Shown: positions 19,911-29,988, counted from the stretch's first letter. The stretch: DNA of 64,000 nt from an uncultured Phascolarctobacterium sp. (GCF_902463975.1 NZ_CABQHJ010000003.1:38854-102853); one strand, 5' to 3'. Numbers and translations: made by a program. The notes: generated by a model from the sequence alone, not told the origin.

Positions 19911-20951
19911 TTACAGTTCTTCCGCCAGGTCAAGCAGCAATCTTTCCGTTTTTTCCCAGCCCAGGCAGGGGTCGGTAATAGATTTGCCGTAAACGCCGTC
20001 ATGCACGCCCTGAGCACCGTCCTCGATATAGCTTTCAATCATCAGGCCCTTGACGATTCTGTTGATGTCCGCGTTCAGCTTACGGGAATGCACGATATCC
20101 TTGGCAATGCGGATTTGCTCCAGATATTTTTTGCCGGAGTTAGCGTGGTTGGTATCCACAATAATTGCCGGATTCTGCAGCTGACGTTCTGCGTACATAT
20201 CAATAACGATTTTCAGCACCTCATAATGGTAGTTGGGGAAGCTGTTGCCAATGGGATCAACATAACCGCGCAGAATAGAATGCGCCAGCGGATTGCCCTT
20301 GGTGCGCACCTCCCAGCCACGGAAAAGGAATTCCTGCTCATGCTGCGCTGCCGCCACACTGTTGAGCATAACAGACAAATCGCCGCTGGTAGGATTCTTC
20401 ATGCCAACGGGAATGCCTACGCCGCTGGCAATCATACGGTGGAGCTGGTCCTCACTGGAGCGTGCGCCGACTGCGGCATAGCTCAGCAAATCCGACAGAT
20501 AGCGGAAAACCTCGGGATAGAGAATTTCCTCGGCGCCGGTCAGGCCTGTTTCTTCTACCACGCGCACGTTCATTTTACGGATAGCGATAATACCGCCCAG
20601 CATATCCTCCTCACCCTCGGGAGAAGGCTGGTGCAGCATCCCCTTGTAGCCTACGCCGATAGTACGCGGCTTGTTGGTGTACAGACGCGGTACGATAAAA
20701 ATTTTATCCTGTACCTTTTCCTGCAGCCTGGCCAGACGATAAACATAGTCCAACACAGCGTCCTCGTTATCGCTGGAGCAAGGCCCGATAACCAGCAAAA
20801 AGCGGTCATCCTTGCCTGTAAAAATATTCTTTATAGCCTCGTCACGCTGCAGTTTCAGCAGCTTAGAAGCCTTACTTACCGGATAATCCTCCATTAAGGC
20901 CTGCGGCGACGGCAGCACCTTGATAAATTCCATCTGCATGCTCATAAACAA
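19911..20951 (-). CDS. 3-deoxy-7-phosphoheptulonate (DAHP) synthase, class I (AroG/F/H type)
   Basis: ...DDRFLLVIGPCSSDNEDAVLDYVYRL...KPRTIGVGYKGM...KSITDPCLGWEKTE... matches E. coli AroG along its length. Confidence 0.9.
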   Translation of the reverse strand: MFMSMQMEFIKVLPSPQALMEDYPVSKASKLLKLQRDEAIKNIFTGKDDRFLLVIGPCSSDNEDAVLDYVYRLARLQEKVQDKIFIVPRLYTNKPRTIGVGYKGMLHQPSPEGEEDMLGGIIAIRKMNVRVVEETGLTGAEEILYPEVFRYLSDLLSYAAVGARSSEDQLHRMIASGVGIPVGMKNPTSGDLSVMLNSVAAAQHEQEFLFRGWEVRTKGNPLAHSILRGYVDPIGNSFPNYHYEVLKIVIDMYAERQLQNPAIIVDTNHANSGKKYLEQIRIAKDIVHSRKLNADINRIVKGLMIESYIEDGAQGVHDGVYGKSITDPCLGWEKTERLLLDLAEEL

Positions 20952-21072
20952 TTACTCCCATTAATCAATTTGCTGACACCGGCAGATTTTCTGCAACATT
21001 CTACCGGTATTAGCAGTGTTAAATTTCCTATATTGTAACACAAACTCTGTTTTTATACAATCATTTACAATG

Positions 21073-23349
21073 TTAAATTACACTTACAGGATCAACATTA
21101 AAGTAAAGATTAGGCTTTTCCTTGAATTCACTGTTCAACAATACTTCCTTTGTTTCCCTCAAATCCCGCGCCTTCAACAGCACATTGAAGCGATACAGGT
21201 CATAGGCCTTCGCCACCAGTGAGGGAAACGGTCCTGCAATCAGCAAATCCTCCAGTTTGCCTTGCAGCTTCAAGCTCTGCAGATAAAAGACAACCTGCTG
21301 CGCCAATGCCAGGCCTGCGCCCTCATCCTTATCCACCACCTGCAGCTTAAGCATCTGGGCGAACGGCGGATAAAAATAATTTTGGCGCTCCTGCAGCTCA
21401 CGCTTGGCAAAGGTGTCGTAATCCTGCGTCACCGCCAGCTGCAGAATCGGGTTATCCGGATCATAGGTCTGGAAGATTACATGTCCCGGCCTGTCACCGC
21501 GTCCCGCACGCCCCGCTGCCTGCGTCAGCAACGAAAAGGCGCGTTCCGACGCTCTGTAATCCGGTAGATGCAGTGTGCTGTCCGCCGCCAGTACTCCCAC
21601 CAGCGTTACAGTTGGAATATCATGCCCCTTCGCCACCATCTGCGTACCTATCAAAACATTGGCCGCGCCACCTGCAAAACGCCGCAAAATATCGGCATGC
21701 GCAAACTTCGCCACAGTCGAATCCTGATCCATGCGCAGCACACGCACCTCCGGCAGCTGCTGCAGCTGTTCTTCCGCCTTCTGCGTACCGCTGCCGAAAT
21801 ATTTGATGCGACGGCTGTGGCAGTTTGGGCATTCCTGCGGCAGCGGCATCGTGTTACCGCAGTAATGGCAGCGCAAATCCTCGTTTTTCTTATGGTAAAC
21901 CATTGCTACGGCGCAATGCGGACAGGTAATCGTCTGGCCGCAGTCACGGCACATCACAAAGGTAGAATAGCCACGGCGGTTCAAGAGGACAATCGCCTGC
22001 TCCCCCGCCGCCGCCGTCATCACCAGCGCCTGCTGCAGCGCGCGCGACAGCACGCTGAAATTTCGTGCCTCCAGCTCCTTACGCATATCCACGATCTCAA
22101 CCTTTGGCAAAGCAGCACCATTAGGACGTGACGTAAGATGCAAATGTGTACATTCGCCCTGCAGTGCCTTATAATACGTGCATAAATCAGGCGTAGCACT
22201 GCCAAGCACCAAAGCTGCGCCGGTCAGGCGGCAGCGGGTGCGGGCAACATCACGCGCATTGTAATGCGGGCGGTGGTCCTCCTCCTTATAGCTGCCCTCG
22301 TGCTCCTCGTCGACAATCACCAGGCCCAGCTTTTCAAACGGAGCGAACACGGCACTGCGCACGCCAATCAGCACCCTTGCCTTGCCTGTGCGCATGCGGT
22401 ACCACACGTCGCCTCTTTCGTTTTGTGAAAGCTTACTGTGCGCTACAGCAATTTCGCTGCCGAACCACGCCTGAAAGCGCTTCACCAGCTGTGCTGTGAG
22501 CGCAATTTCCGGCACCAGCATCAGCACCTGCCAGCCTGCATCCACAGCATGAGCCGCCGCGCGCAGATAAACCTCCGTCTTGCCGCTGCCGGTAATTCCC
22601 TGCAACAAGAACGACTGCGCACGCTGTGCATCTATCGCCTGATTAATCTTTGCCGCAGCATCCTGCTGCTCCGCCGTCAGCTGCAGGCTTTCACCACGCT
22701 CCTGCACCGTATTGTAGCTGTTGCGCAGCACACGCTTCTGCACAGCATCTGCCAAACCGTTCTGCGCTAATGCGCGCGCCACCGCAGCGCTCACTCCCTG
22801 CTGCGCCAGCTCGCTTACGCTCAGCGCTCCCGCAGCCTGCGCCAGCACGCCTAGGGCAGCATGCTGGCCTTTGGCACGCCTTGCTAATGTTCCATCAACC
22901 AACGCCTGCCTTCCTGCTACATTGATGCGGTAAGCCAACACAGTTTTTTCCTGCAAGCGCTCATTATAAACATAATAAAGCAAACGTCCCTGCGCATCAC
23001 GCACGGCACGCCGCTTAATGCTCGATTTTCCCGGCACAAAAAGGCGCATCGCCTCTGCCAGCGAGCACATATAATAATCTGCCATCCATTTGGCAGTAGC
23101 AAGCATTTCCTTATCAAACCAGGGAGTATCGCCCAAGGCTGCCTCCACAGGCTTCAGCTTACCGCGTAGCTTCAGGTCAGCAGGCAATGGCACACGCTCC
23201 ACCACAAAGCCCTCCACCTTCTGGCCACTGAAGGGAACAACTACACGCCAGCCGCTGTCTATAAACTGCAGCGCTTCCGGCACACTGTAGGTAAACTGAC
23301 GAAATAGATTTTTTACCGGTAAATTTATCGCAACATTAACAGCAAACAT
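21073..23349 (-). CDS. priA: primosomal protein N' (replication restart helicase)
   Basis: Start taken at MFAVNVAINLP, with AGGAGG 6 nt upstream. Walker A GITGSGKTEVYL, DEEH, and a CxxC...CxxC...CxxC zinc-binding domain. Confidence 0.9.
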   Translation of the reverse strand: MFAVNVAINLPVKNLFRQFTYSVPEALQFIDSGWRVVVPFSGQKVEGFVVERVPLPADLKLRGKLKPVEAALGDTPWFDKEMLATAKWMADYYMCSLAEAMRLFVPGKSSIKRRAVRDAQGRLLYYVYNERLQEKTVLAYRINVAGRQALVDGTLARRAKGQHAALGVLAQAAGALSVSELAQQGVSAAVARALAQNGLADAVQKRVLRNSYNTVQERGESLQLTAEQQDAAAKINQAIDAQRAQSFLLQGITGSGKTEVYLRAAAHAVDAGWQVLMLVPEIALTAQLVKRFQAWFGSEIAVAHSKLSQNERGDVWYRMRTGKARVLIGVRSAVFAPFEKLGLVIVDEEHEGSYKEEDHRPHYNARDVARTRCRLTGAALVLGSATPDLCTYYKALQGECTHLHLTSRPNGAALPKVEIVDMRKELEARNFSVLSRALQQALVMTAAAGEQAIVLLNRRGYSTFVMCRDCGQTITCPHCAVAMVYHKKNEDLRCHYCGNTMPLPQECPNCHSRRIKYFGSGTQKAEEQLQQLPEVRVLRMDQDSTVAKFAHADILRRFAGGAANVLIGTQMVAKGHDIPTVTLVGVLAADSTLHLPDYRASERAFSLLTQAAGRAGRGDRPGHVIFQTYDPDNPILQLAVTQDYDTFAKRELQERQNYFYPPFAQMLKLQVVDKDEGAGLALAQQVVFYLQSLKLQGKLEDLLIAGPFPSLVAKAYDLYRFNVLLKARDLRETKEVLLNSEFKEKPNLYFNVDPVSVI

Positions 23350-23460
23350 GGCCAACCTCCTGCAAACATACTTGTAGCTTATTATAACATAAATCAAAGA
23401 GAAGATAAAACGTCAAAGCCTCCACAAGCGCAAGCATAAGCAAATTCAAACCATACTCAA

Positions 23461-23500
23461 AAGCGCAAAACAGCGCCCCGATAGCCATCGGGACGCTGCG
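23461..23500 (-). terminator. terminator after the TIM-barrel gene
   Basis: CAGCGCCCCGAT...ATCGGGACGCTG stem, followed on the minus strand by UUUUGCGCUUUUG. Confidence 0.55.
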
Positions 23501-23516
23501 AAAAATTCATATTTAT

Positions 23517-24473
23517 TTATCTGGCAACAGAAAGCTGCTGCTGCATCAGCGGAATCATTTCCTCGATAGTTTCATATGCCAGCTCATGATTTACATACTG
23601 CGGCTGAACGCACTGCAGAATCTGCTTAGCTGCCGTGGTAGTAAAAGGCTTATGCTGGTCAATCGCCGCAATATGACGCCAAATAACTTCCGCACTTGAA
23701 TCAGCCGGCACCTTGCGTTCAAAGCTGCGCAAATACTTGCCGGAAAGCGAGCAGGAAAGATGCACGCCCTTAATCAGCTCAGCATACGGACCGAGCTTGT
23801 CCACCGTGCGGCAGACAAAATCCGCTGCCTCCGCCTCTGTGCGCAGACGCGGATTCGTATTCATCAGATGACCGGTATCAAGCATAATGCCGACGTTTTT
23901 GCGCTCAATGCGCTCAAAGAAAAACTTCACCTTGCGCGCATCCGTCAGGCGCAGACCGGGCCACCACAAATTCTCAAACAGCACCGTTACATTGGCAGGA
24001 ATCTCATCCGCCACTGCATTGAAAACATCTGCCGAAGCAGCCAATACCTCACGGTCATCATAATGGAAATCAAAGGTAAAGATTGTTTCTGTATCAGCCT
24101 CTGCTACATGCCATACCAAATACTCCGGCTTCTGCGAAATAGCAGCGCAGATATTGCGGCGGATAACCGCCAGCCATTCATCACAGCTCATGGCTGTCTT
24201 AAAATATGTCTGGCGTTCGTGAATACTGCGGAACTGCTGCTGCAGGCGTTTAGCCTTTCGCAGCCAGAAGTCCATCCAGTACGGCCAATAATTCAAATGT
24301 GCGCCAAAGGTTAAATCCTTGTAATCAGGGAAAGCTCCCGGCTCTCTGTAAACAAACTGTTCAATACCGTCGACCCCCAGCTGCTGCACTAAATCAGCCA
24401 AGGTCATCCCCTTACGCTTCAGCTCATCTTCATACCAATCAATCGGACAATAGTTAATAAGATGCTTAGTCAT
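23517..24473 (-). CDS. xylose-isomerase-like TIM-barrel protein (sugar-phosphate isomerase/epimerase / AP-endonuclease-2 fold), function unknown; cobalamin-riboswitch controlled
   Basis: GIMLDTGHL and general similarity to the PF01261 fold. It lies directly downstream of a cobalamin riboswitch on the same strand. Confidence 0.6.
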   Translation of the reverse strand: MTKHLINYCPIDWYEDELKRKGMTLADLVQQLGVDGIEQFVYREPGAFPDYKDLTFGAHLNYWPYWMDFWLRKAKRLQQQFRSIHERQTYFKTAMSCDEWLAVIRRNICAAISQKPEYLVWHVAEADTETIFTFDFHYDDREVLAASADVFNAVADEIPANVTVLFENLWWPGLRLTDARKVKFFFERIERKNVGIMLDTGHLMNTNPRLRTEAEAADFVCRTVDKLGPYAELIKGVHLSCSLSGKYLRSFERKVPADSSAEVIWRHIAAIDQHKPFTTTAAKQILQCVQPQYVNHELAYETIEEMIPLMQQQLSVAR

Positions 24474-24560
24474 TTCTCACCCTTCTTTGCTACATACTGC
24501 ACGCTCTTAACGTAAACCTTGCTTCACCTGTGCTACCGGCAAATAGCTTGGAATCCTTGG

Positions 24561-24830
24561 TTCATAAAAAAACTGCGGCGGTAACGCTGCAGTCATAATT
24601 TAGCTCACACAAGCAGCACTACTCGAATACTAAAGATGGTTTTACCATCCTTCCTTTCACCTGTACATCGCAAGCTTGCGGAAAAAACTTTTGGGCATAG
24701 GCACTCTGACTAAGCTCATCGCCAGGGCAGCATCTTGTGAGGATATGCGCTGCCAAGCTCACATTACAGTTGCGGTACAGTACCAGGTTCACACTGGTTT
24801 CCCTTCTGCTCAAAACATATTAAGTTTTTA
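24561..24830 (-). promoter_or_regulatory. cobalamin (AdoCbl-type) riboswitch with intrinsic terminator expression platform
   Basis: Minus-strand RNA AAGGGAAACCAGUGUGAACCUGGUACUGUACCGCAACUGUAAUGUGAG aligns almost base-for-base with the E. coli btuB core AGGGAAUCCAGUGCGAAUCUGGAGCUGACGCGCAGCGGUAAGG. A B12-box-like UGCUGCCCUGGCGAUGAGCUUAGUCAG follows. The terminator is CUGCAGCG-uuac-CGCCGCAG UUUUUUU (complement of 24561-24600). Confidence 0.75.
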
Positions 24831-24895
24831 TTGTCTTGCTTTCTTTATCTGACGAAAGCTGTGTAATAGTAATATCTACTATTTATAGTATAATT

Positions 24896-24924
24896 AGTAT
24901 ATCATCAATCAAAAATTTTGGCAA
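24896..24924 (-). promoter_or_regulatory. putative promoter for the riboswitch transcript (TTGCCA-17-TATACT)
   Basis: -35 is the complement of 24919-24924 and -10 is the complement of 24896-24901. It sits between the ABC-operon terminator and the aptamer. Confidence 0.4.
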
Positions 24925-24954
24925 GAGAGATATGAAAATTTTTCCGTATCCATA

Positions 24955-24999
24955 CTGCAGAATAATAAACTCCCGCAAGCACGATGCTTTCGGGAGTTT
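24955..24999 (-). terminator. terminator after the ABC importer operon
   Basis: AAACTCCCG...CGGGAGTTT 9-bp stem, followed on the minus strand by UUAUUAUUCUG. Confidence 0.55.
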
Positions 25000-25061
25000 G
25001 CATTTGAATATGCACCATAACGCAGACAATGGTTTAGCGACAGTTTTAATAAAACAGGACT

Positions 25062-25871
25062 TTAGCGACAGACTGTAATTGGTACAAGGGCGGGAAGCCC
25101 ATTACTGCACGCAAACTCATCTGCCTGCACGCGGAACACGTCCGCCAGCAGCTTGGACGTAACAATTTCCTTAGGCTCACCGCTGACTACTAAGCGTCCC
25201 GCCTTGATAACGGCAACGTAATCGGCGTACTGAATGGCATGGTTCAAATCATGGATAACCATAACAACAGTAAGTCCCAGCTCCTTGTTGAGCTTATCAA
25301 GCAGCTGCATAACCTCCAGCTGGTGACAGATATCAAGATATGTCGTGGGCTCATCGAGCAGCAGCACCTGCGGTCTTTGTGCCAGCGCCATTGCTATCCA
25401 TGCGCGCTGACGCTCGCCGCCGCTCAACGTGTGCAGAAGGCGGTGGCTCATCGACGTCATATTGGTCTGCTCCAGTGCCCAGGCAACGTGCTGTGCATCA
25501 TCCTTATCACCGCGCCCTAAGAAGCTACGATGCGGGAAGCGTCCCATTTCAACCAAATCCTGCACCGTCAAATCCGTAGGCGCAACCGGTGACTGCGTCA
25601 AAATCGCCAGGCAGCGGGCAAATTCACGGTGCGACAGGCTATGAATATCCTTGCCCAAAAAGCTAATGCTGCCCTTGGCGCACGGCAGAATGCGGGCAAT
25701 CGCCTTCAGCGTTGTGCTTTTGCCGCAGCCGTTGGGGCCGATAATAGCGGTAATCTTACCCTCAGGAATTGCCAGCGACAAATCATGGATGATTGTTTTT
25801 TTGTTAATTGCTATATCAATATGCGTTGCCTCTAAAACAGCTTTAAAGGGCGCTGCATTATTTTGTGTCAT
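25062..25871 (-). CDS. ABC transporter ATP-binding protein, iron-siderophore/cobalamin type (FecE/FhuC/BtuD-like)
   Basis: Walker A GPNGCGKST, signature LSGGERQR, Walker B LLLDEP. Confidence 0.9.
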   Translation of the reverse strand: MTQNNAAPFKAVLEATHIDIAINKKTIIHDLSLAIPEGKITAIIGPNGCGKSTTLKAIARILPCAKGSISFLGKDIHSLSHREFARCLAILTQSPVAPTDLTVQDLVEMGRFPHRSFLGRGDKDDAQHVAWALEQTNMTSMSHRLLHTLSGGERQRAWIAMALAQRPQVLLLDEPTTYLDICHQLEVMQLLDKLNKELGLTVVMVIHDLNHAIQYADYVAVIKAGRLVVSGEPKEIVTSKLLADVFRVQADEFACSNGLPALVPITVCR

Positions 25872-26893
25872 CAGATTTCCCTCCTTAACAGGAATAAGAA
25901 GAAGGGCGCGCCCAAAAAGGCCATAATAATACCAACAGGCAGTTCAATCGGCGCAAAAATTACACGCGCAAAGGTATCACTGAGCGTAACAATGGCAATG
26001 CCCAAAAGTGCGGAGGCAGGCAGCAGAAAGCGGTAGTCGCTGCCTATCAGCAGTCGCGCCGCATGCGGCACCACAAGGCCGACAAAGCCCAGCAGGCCAA
26101 CAACGCTGACAGCGCTGGCTGCGAGCAAAGCTGCAATAGCCGTAAGGATAATGCGCGTTACCTCAACATTGACACCAAGACCGCGCGCCATCTCATCACC
26201 CAGCTGCAGGATATTCAAATAAGCGGCACTGGCAAGCGCCAGAATCAGGCCGATAACAGCATACGGCAAAATAATATTTACATGCGGCCAGCTGCGTGCG
26301 GCAAGACCGCCTACCATCCACATTAAAGCGCCATGCACTCTGTCACTGTAAAAAATCATCAGGCCGCTGATGCCTGCACCCAAAAAGGCAGATACCGCAA
26401 CACCGGCCAAAATAATACGCACCGGCTTGATGCCGTTTTTCCACGCCAGAATATAAATGCAGACAGCAGCCAGCATCGCACCGATGAAGGCAACAGGCGT
26501 AATCAGATATTCCATCGCCGGGAACAAAATCATAATCACAACACCTGCCAGTCCTGCGCCGGAGCTGATGCCGATAATATGCGGGTCTGCCAACGGATTA
26601 CGCATAATCGCCTGCAGAATCGCACCGGAAAGCGACAGGTTGATGCCGACCAAGGCACCGACGATGGTGCGCGGCATACGGATGTTCCAAATAATCTGAC
26701 TGCGCGGATCATCACCGGGATTAAGCAGAATATCGGTAATCTCCTTAATGCTGATAATGCTGGAGCCTTTTGTTAAGCTCAAAAAGCTGCCCAATAGTGC
26801 CAAGAACAAAAATATCACAAGAATAGTAATACGCCATTTAGTACGGCCGATACCAAAATGCTCCGTCTGCTCTGCAGACTGCTTATTTTCCAT
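25871..26893 (-). CDS. ABC transporter permease, FecCD/BtuC family
   Basis: ~10 TM helices and FecCD-family similarity. Confidence 0.9.
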   Translation of the reverse strand: MENKQSAEQTEHFGIGRTKWRITILVIFLFLALLGSFLSLTKGSSIISIKEITDILLNPGDDPRSQIIWNIRMPRTIVGALVGINLSLSGAILQAIMRNPLADPHIIGISSGAGLAGVVIMILFPAMEYLITPVAFIGAMLAAVCIYILAWKNGIKPVRIILAGVAVSAFLGAGISGLMIFYSDRVHGALMWMVGGLAARSWPHVNIILPYAVIGLILALASAAYLNILQLGDEMARGLGVNVEVTRIILTAIAALLAASAVSVVGLLGFVGLVVPHAARLLIGSDYRFLLPASALLGIAIVTLSDTFARVIFAPIELPVGIIMAFLGAPFFLFLLRREI

Positions 26894-27842
26894 TAGTAAA
26901 GACCTCCGGATAAACCTGCTGTGCCATAAACTTTACAGCCTCAGGATAGCGCAGGCCGGGGTTAATCAAAAACAGCTTTTCCGGCAGCACATATACTCTG
27001 CCTGCTTTTACAGCCGGCAGACTGTTCCATGCGGGGTTATTTTTAAAGTCGGTGCGCAGACGGTTTTCAATTTCCTCAGGCTTACCCATAGAGGTAATAA
27101 AGATAATTTCCGGGTTCTGCTCAACCAGTGTTTCCATGCTGTAAGGAGTTTTATTGGATTTTCCCTTGAGCGCTGCAGCAGCAACGTTTTCAAAGTCCAG
27201 GATATCGCTTACACAGCCGGCAATGCTGTGCGAGCCTTCTACCGTAACGGCGCTGGCTGTTGCATGCATAATAACGATGCGTTTCTTTTCCTTAGGAATC
27301 TTACTGGTAACGGCGGCAACCTGTTTATCAAGCAGATCATTTTCCTTTTGGGCCTTATCCTGCGTACCATAAATATCGCCCAAGGTTTTGATTGTACCCT
27401 TTACATCCTCAAAGGTTTGGGTATCAAACTCCACTACGTTGATTTTGTTGGATTGCAGCATGGGAATAAATTTATCATGCTGATTTTTGCTGGCCAGAAC
27501 CAGATCAGGCTTCAGGCCGACAAGCGCTTCCATATTAATATTGTAGACCATGCCCACCTCCGGCACAGACTTCATAGATTCCGGAATTTTGCCTACCTTG
27601 GAGCTGGCGCGACCGACTACGGTGCCGCCGACAGCCTCAATCATACTCAAATATGAAGGGCTGAGGCTTACCACTCTTTCAGGCTTTTTGGCAAGCGAAA
27701 CCTGTCTGCCTGCAGCATCGGTAAGCTGCAGATAAGCCTTGTCACCGCCAGTCTGCGTTCCTACACCGCCGCAACCGGCAGCAAGCAGCATAGCCGCACA
27801 TAATAGACCACAAGCAATTTTTTTCAAGATCATGTTAATCAC
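26883..27842 (-). CDS. periplasmic binding protein, TroA-like cluster (BtuF/FhuD family), lipoprotein
   Basis: Lipobox LLAAGCGG and class III PBP similarity. Confidence 0.85.
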   Translation of the reverse strand: MINMILKKIACGLLCAAMLLAAGCGGVGTQTGGDKAYLQLTDAAGRQVSLAKKPERVVSLSPSYLSMIEAVGGTVVGRASSKVGKIPESMKSVPEVGMVYNINMEALVGLKPDLVLASKNQHDKFIPMLQSNKINVVEFDTQTFEDVKGTIKTLGDIYGTQDKAQKENDLLDKQVAAVTSKIPKEKKRIVIMHATASAVTVEGSHSIAGCVSDILDFENVAAAALKGKSNKTPYSMETLVEQNPEIIFITSMGKPEEIENRLRTDFKNNPAWNSLPAVKAGRVYVLPEKLFLINPGLRYPEAVKFMAQQVYPEVFTNGK

Positions 27843-28031
27843 CTCATACTCATCTTACATTACCCAAGCCCAAGGCTTTGGCAATATATATAACTCTCTG
27901 ATAAAAAAAGCTTAATAATATCGCCCTCATAATAGCACAAATCAGAAGTGTAGTCAATGAAAGTTGCTAAGAAGCGCTCATAATAGTATAATAAAATAAT
28001 AAGCTTGTTATAACAAAGGAGTAGAAATATT

Positions 28032-28229
28032 ATGGAAATCAATGCAATGATTAACCGCATAAATGCATTAGCCAAAAAGAAAAAAACCTCCGGCCTGACC
28101 CCGGAGGAACTGGCAGAGCAAAAGGAGCTGTACAAGGAATATCTGTCCAACATCCGCAGCCAGCTGAAGGCACAGCTCGATAACATCGAGGTAGTCGACG
28201 AGCTGCCGGATAAAAAACAGCTGCACTGA
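28032..28229 (+). CDS. UPF0291/DUF896 small protein (YnzC-like)
   Basis: MEINAMINRINALAKKKKTSGLTPEELAEQKELYKEYLSNIRSQLK... resembles B. subtilis YnzC. AAGGAG lies upstream. Confidence 0.75.
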   Translation: MEINAMINRINALAKKKKTSGLTPEELAEQKELYKEYLSNIRSQLKAQLDNIEVVDELPDKKQLH

Positions 28230-28882
28230 TGGCTGCTATCCTGTCGCCATCCATGCTGGCCTACGAGGACGATTTTCTGCTGATTATCGATAAGCCTGCA
28301 GGCATGCTGGTACACCCCACCGTCAGCGAGCGAGGCACAACGCTCTACGATTATGTAAAGGCATATTATGAAGCCAACGGTATTACCGCCGGTATTCATC
28401 CAGTATCACGCTTAGACCGCAACACCTCCGGCCTGGTTATTTTCGCCAAGGAGCCTGTTGTACAGCACTGGCTGAGCCAGCAGCAGGTTGAAAAAGAATA
28501 TCTGGCACTGGCCTGCGGACGCTTTGACTGCAGCGAAGGTATTATCGAAGCACCTATTGCCCGCAAGGACGGCAGTATCATCGAACGCTGCGTTGATTAC
28601 GAACGCGGCAAATACGCCAAAACAGCCTATGAGGTTTTAGCAGCCTACAGCAGCTGCACGCTGCTCAAGGTTCGTCTTTTTACCGGACGCACGCACCAGA
28701 TACGTGTTCACCTTGCTTCCATCGGGCATCCGCTCGTAAACGACAATCTTTACGGCACTCCCGGCCCCCAAGCGCGCCATGCGCTGCATGCCTACCGTCT
28801 GGCCTTCAAGCATCCGGTAAGCGATGTATTTTTAGAAATTACCCGCGCTTTGCCGGAGGATTTACAGAAACTTCTGTACTAA
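28229..28882 (+). CDS. RluA-family pseudouridine synthase (short form without S4 domain)
   Basis: LLIIDKPAGMLVHPT and HRLDRNTSGLVIFAK motifs. The TGATG stop/start overlaps the upstream gene. Confidence 0.85.
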   Translation: MAAILSPSMLAYEDDFLLIIDKPAGMLVHPTVSERGTTLYDYVKAYYEANGITAGIHPVSRLDRNTSGLVIFAKEPVVQHWLSQQQVEKEYLALACGRFDCSEGIIEAPIARKDGSIIERCVDYERGKYAKTAYEVLAAYSSCTLLKVRLFTGRTHQIRVHLASIGHPLVNDNLYGTPGPQARHALHAYRLAFKHPVSDVFLEITRALPEDLQKLLY

Positions 28883-28967
28883 ATAAGCAGACCATGATAT
28901 AATTAGTGTATACTAATGTAAAGACAGAGTAGCTGTAAGGCTACCCTGAATAAGGAGGAATAGACAA

Positions 28968-29897
28968 ATGCCCTTAGTTACATCTACTGAAATGTTCAAA
29001 AAAGCTTACGAAGGTCACTATGCTGTTGGTGCCTTCAACGTCAACAACATGGAAATCATCCAAGGTATCGTTGCTGCAGCACAACAGGAAAAATCCCCGC
29101 TGATTCTGCAGGTAAGTGCCGGCGCCCGCAAATACGCTAACCACATCTACCTGATGAAGCTGGTTGAAGCAGCAATCGAAGACACCGGTCTGCCTATCTG
29201 CCTGCATCTGGACCACGGCGAAGATTTTGACATCTGCAAAGCCTGCGTCGACGGCGGCTTCACCTCCGTTATGATTGACGGCAGCAAGCATCCTTTTGAA
29301 GAAAACATCGAAATGACTCGTCGTGTTGTTGAATATGCACACGAAAGAGGCGTTGTAGTTGAGGCAGAGCTTGGCCGACTGGCAGGCGTTGAAGACGCTG
29401 TTAAGGTTAACACCAAGGACGCTACCTACACCGATCCCGATCAGGCTGTAGAATTCGTTGAACGCACCGGCTGCGACAGCTTGGCTATCGCTATCGGCAC
29501 CAGCCACGGCGCTTACAAATTCAAAGGCAAACCGGAACTGGACTTCGCACGTCTGGAAAAAATCACCAACTTGCTGCCTGGTTATCCGCTGGTTCTGCAT
29601 GGTGCTTCCACCGTTATCCCGTCCTTTGTTGAAGAATGCAACAAATACGGCGGCAAGTTGGACGGCGCTCAAGGCGTACCTGAAGACATGCTGCTGCAAG
29701 CAGGCAAATTCGGCGTTTGCAAAATCAACATCGATACCGACCTGCGCCTGGCAATGACCGCTTCCATCCGTAAGCACCTGGTAGAAAACCCCGGCGACTT
29801 CGATCCTCGCCAATACCTGAAACCCGCACGTCAGGCTATCCAGGACATGGTAGCTCACAAAATGCGTGACGTACTCAACAGCAGCAACAGACTGTAA
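28968..29897 (+). CDS. fba: fructose-bisphosphate aldolase, class II
   Basis: MPLVTSTEMFKKAYEGHYAVGAFNVNNMEIIQGIV... is a full-length class II FBA match. Confidence 0.95.
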   Translation: MPLVTSTEMFKKAYEGHYAVGAFNVNNMEIIQGIVAAAQQEKSPLILQVSAGARKYANHIYLMKLVEAAIEDTGLPICLHLDHGEDFDICKACVDGGFTSVMIDGSKHPFEENIEMTRRVVEYAHERGVVVEAELGRLAGVEDAVKVNTKDATYTDPDQAVEFVERTGCDSLAIAIGTSHGAYKFKGKPELDFARLEKITNLLPGYPLVLHGASTVIPSFVEECNKYGGKLDGAQGVPEDMLLQAGKFGVCKINIDTDLRLAMTASIRKHLVENPGDFDPRQYLKPARQAIQDMVAHKMRDVLNSSNRL

Positions 29898-29916
29898 GCT
29901 ATAACGATTTAAAAAC

Positions 29917-29961
29917 TAAAATGCACCATTCTCTACTGTCAAGGAATGGTGCATTTTTTTA
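29917..29961. terminator. bidirectional terminator between fba and the convergent nuclease gene
   Basis: AAAATGCACCATTC...GAATGGTGCATTTTTTT. Confidence 0.75.
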
Positions 29962-29988
29962 TTTATGCAAAGCGTATATCATTTTTTC

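Noticed and set aside
24836-25078. 80-aa plus-strand ORF, and an internal 49-aa MKIFPYPYC... ORF with a weak RBS
   Set aside because: It spans the ABC-operon terminator hairpin and the riboswitch promoter. It shows no homology and is most likely non-coding.
27843-28031. Expected a cobalamin riboswitch upstream of the BtuF/FecCD/FecE-type operon
   Set aside because: The 190-nt leader has no GGGAA...GGUG...CCGC.ACUG core. The only B12 aptamer in the vicinity is at 24561-24830, downstream of this operon and behind its terminator.
27860-28399. 179-aa minus-strand ORF
   Set aside because: It overlaps, on the opposite strand, the well-supported YnzC-like (28032-28229) and RluA (28229-28882) genes, both of which have RBSs and homology. 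It has no recognisable similarity or start context.
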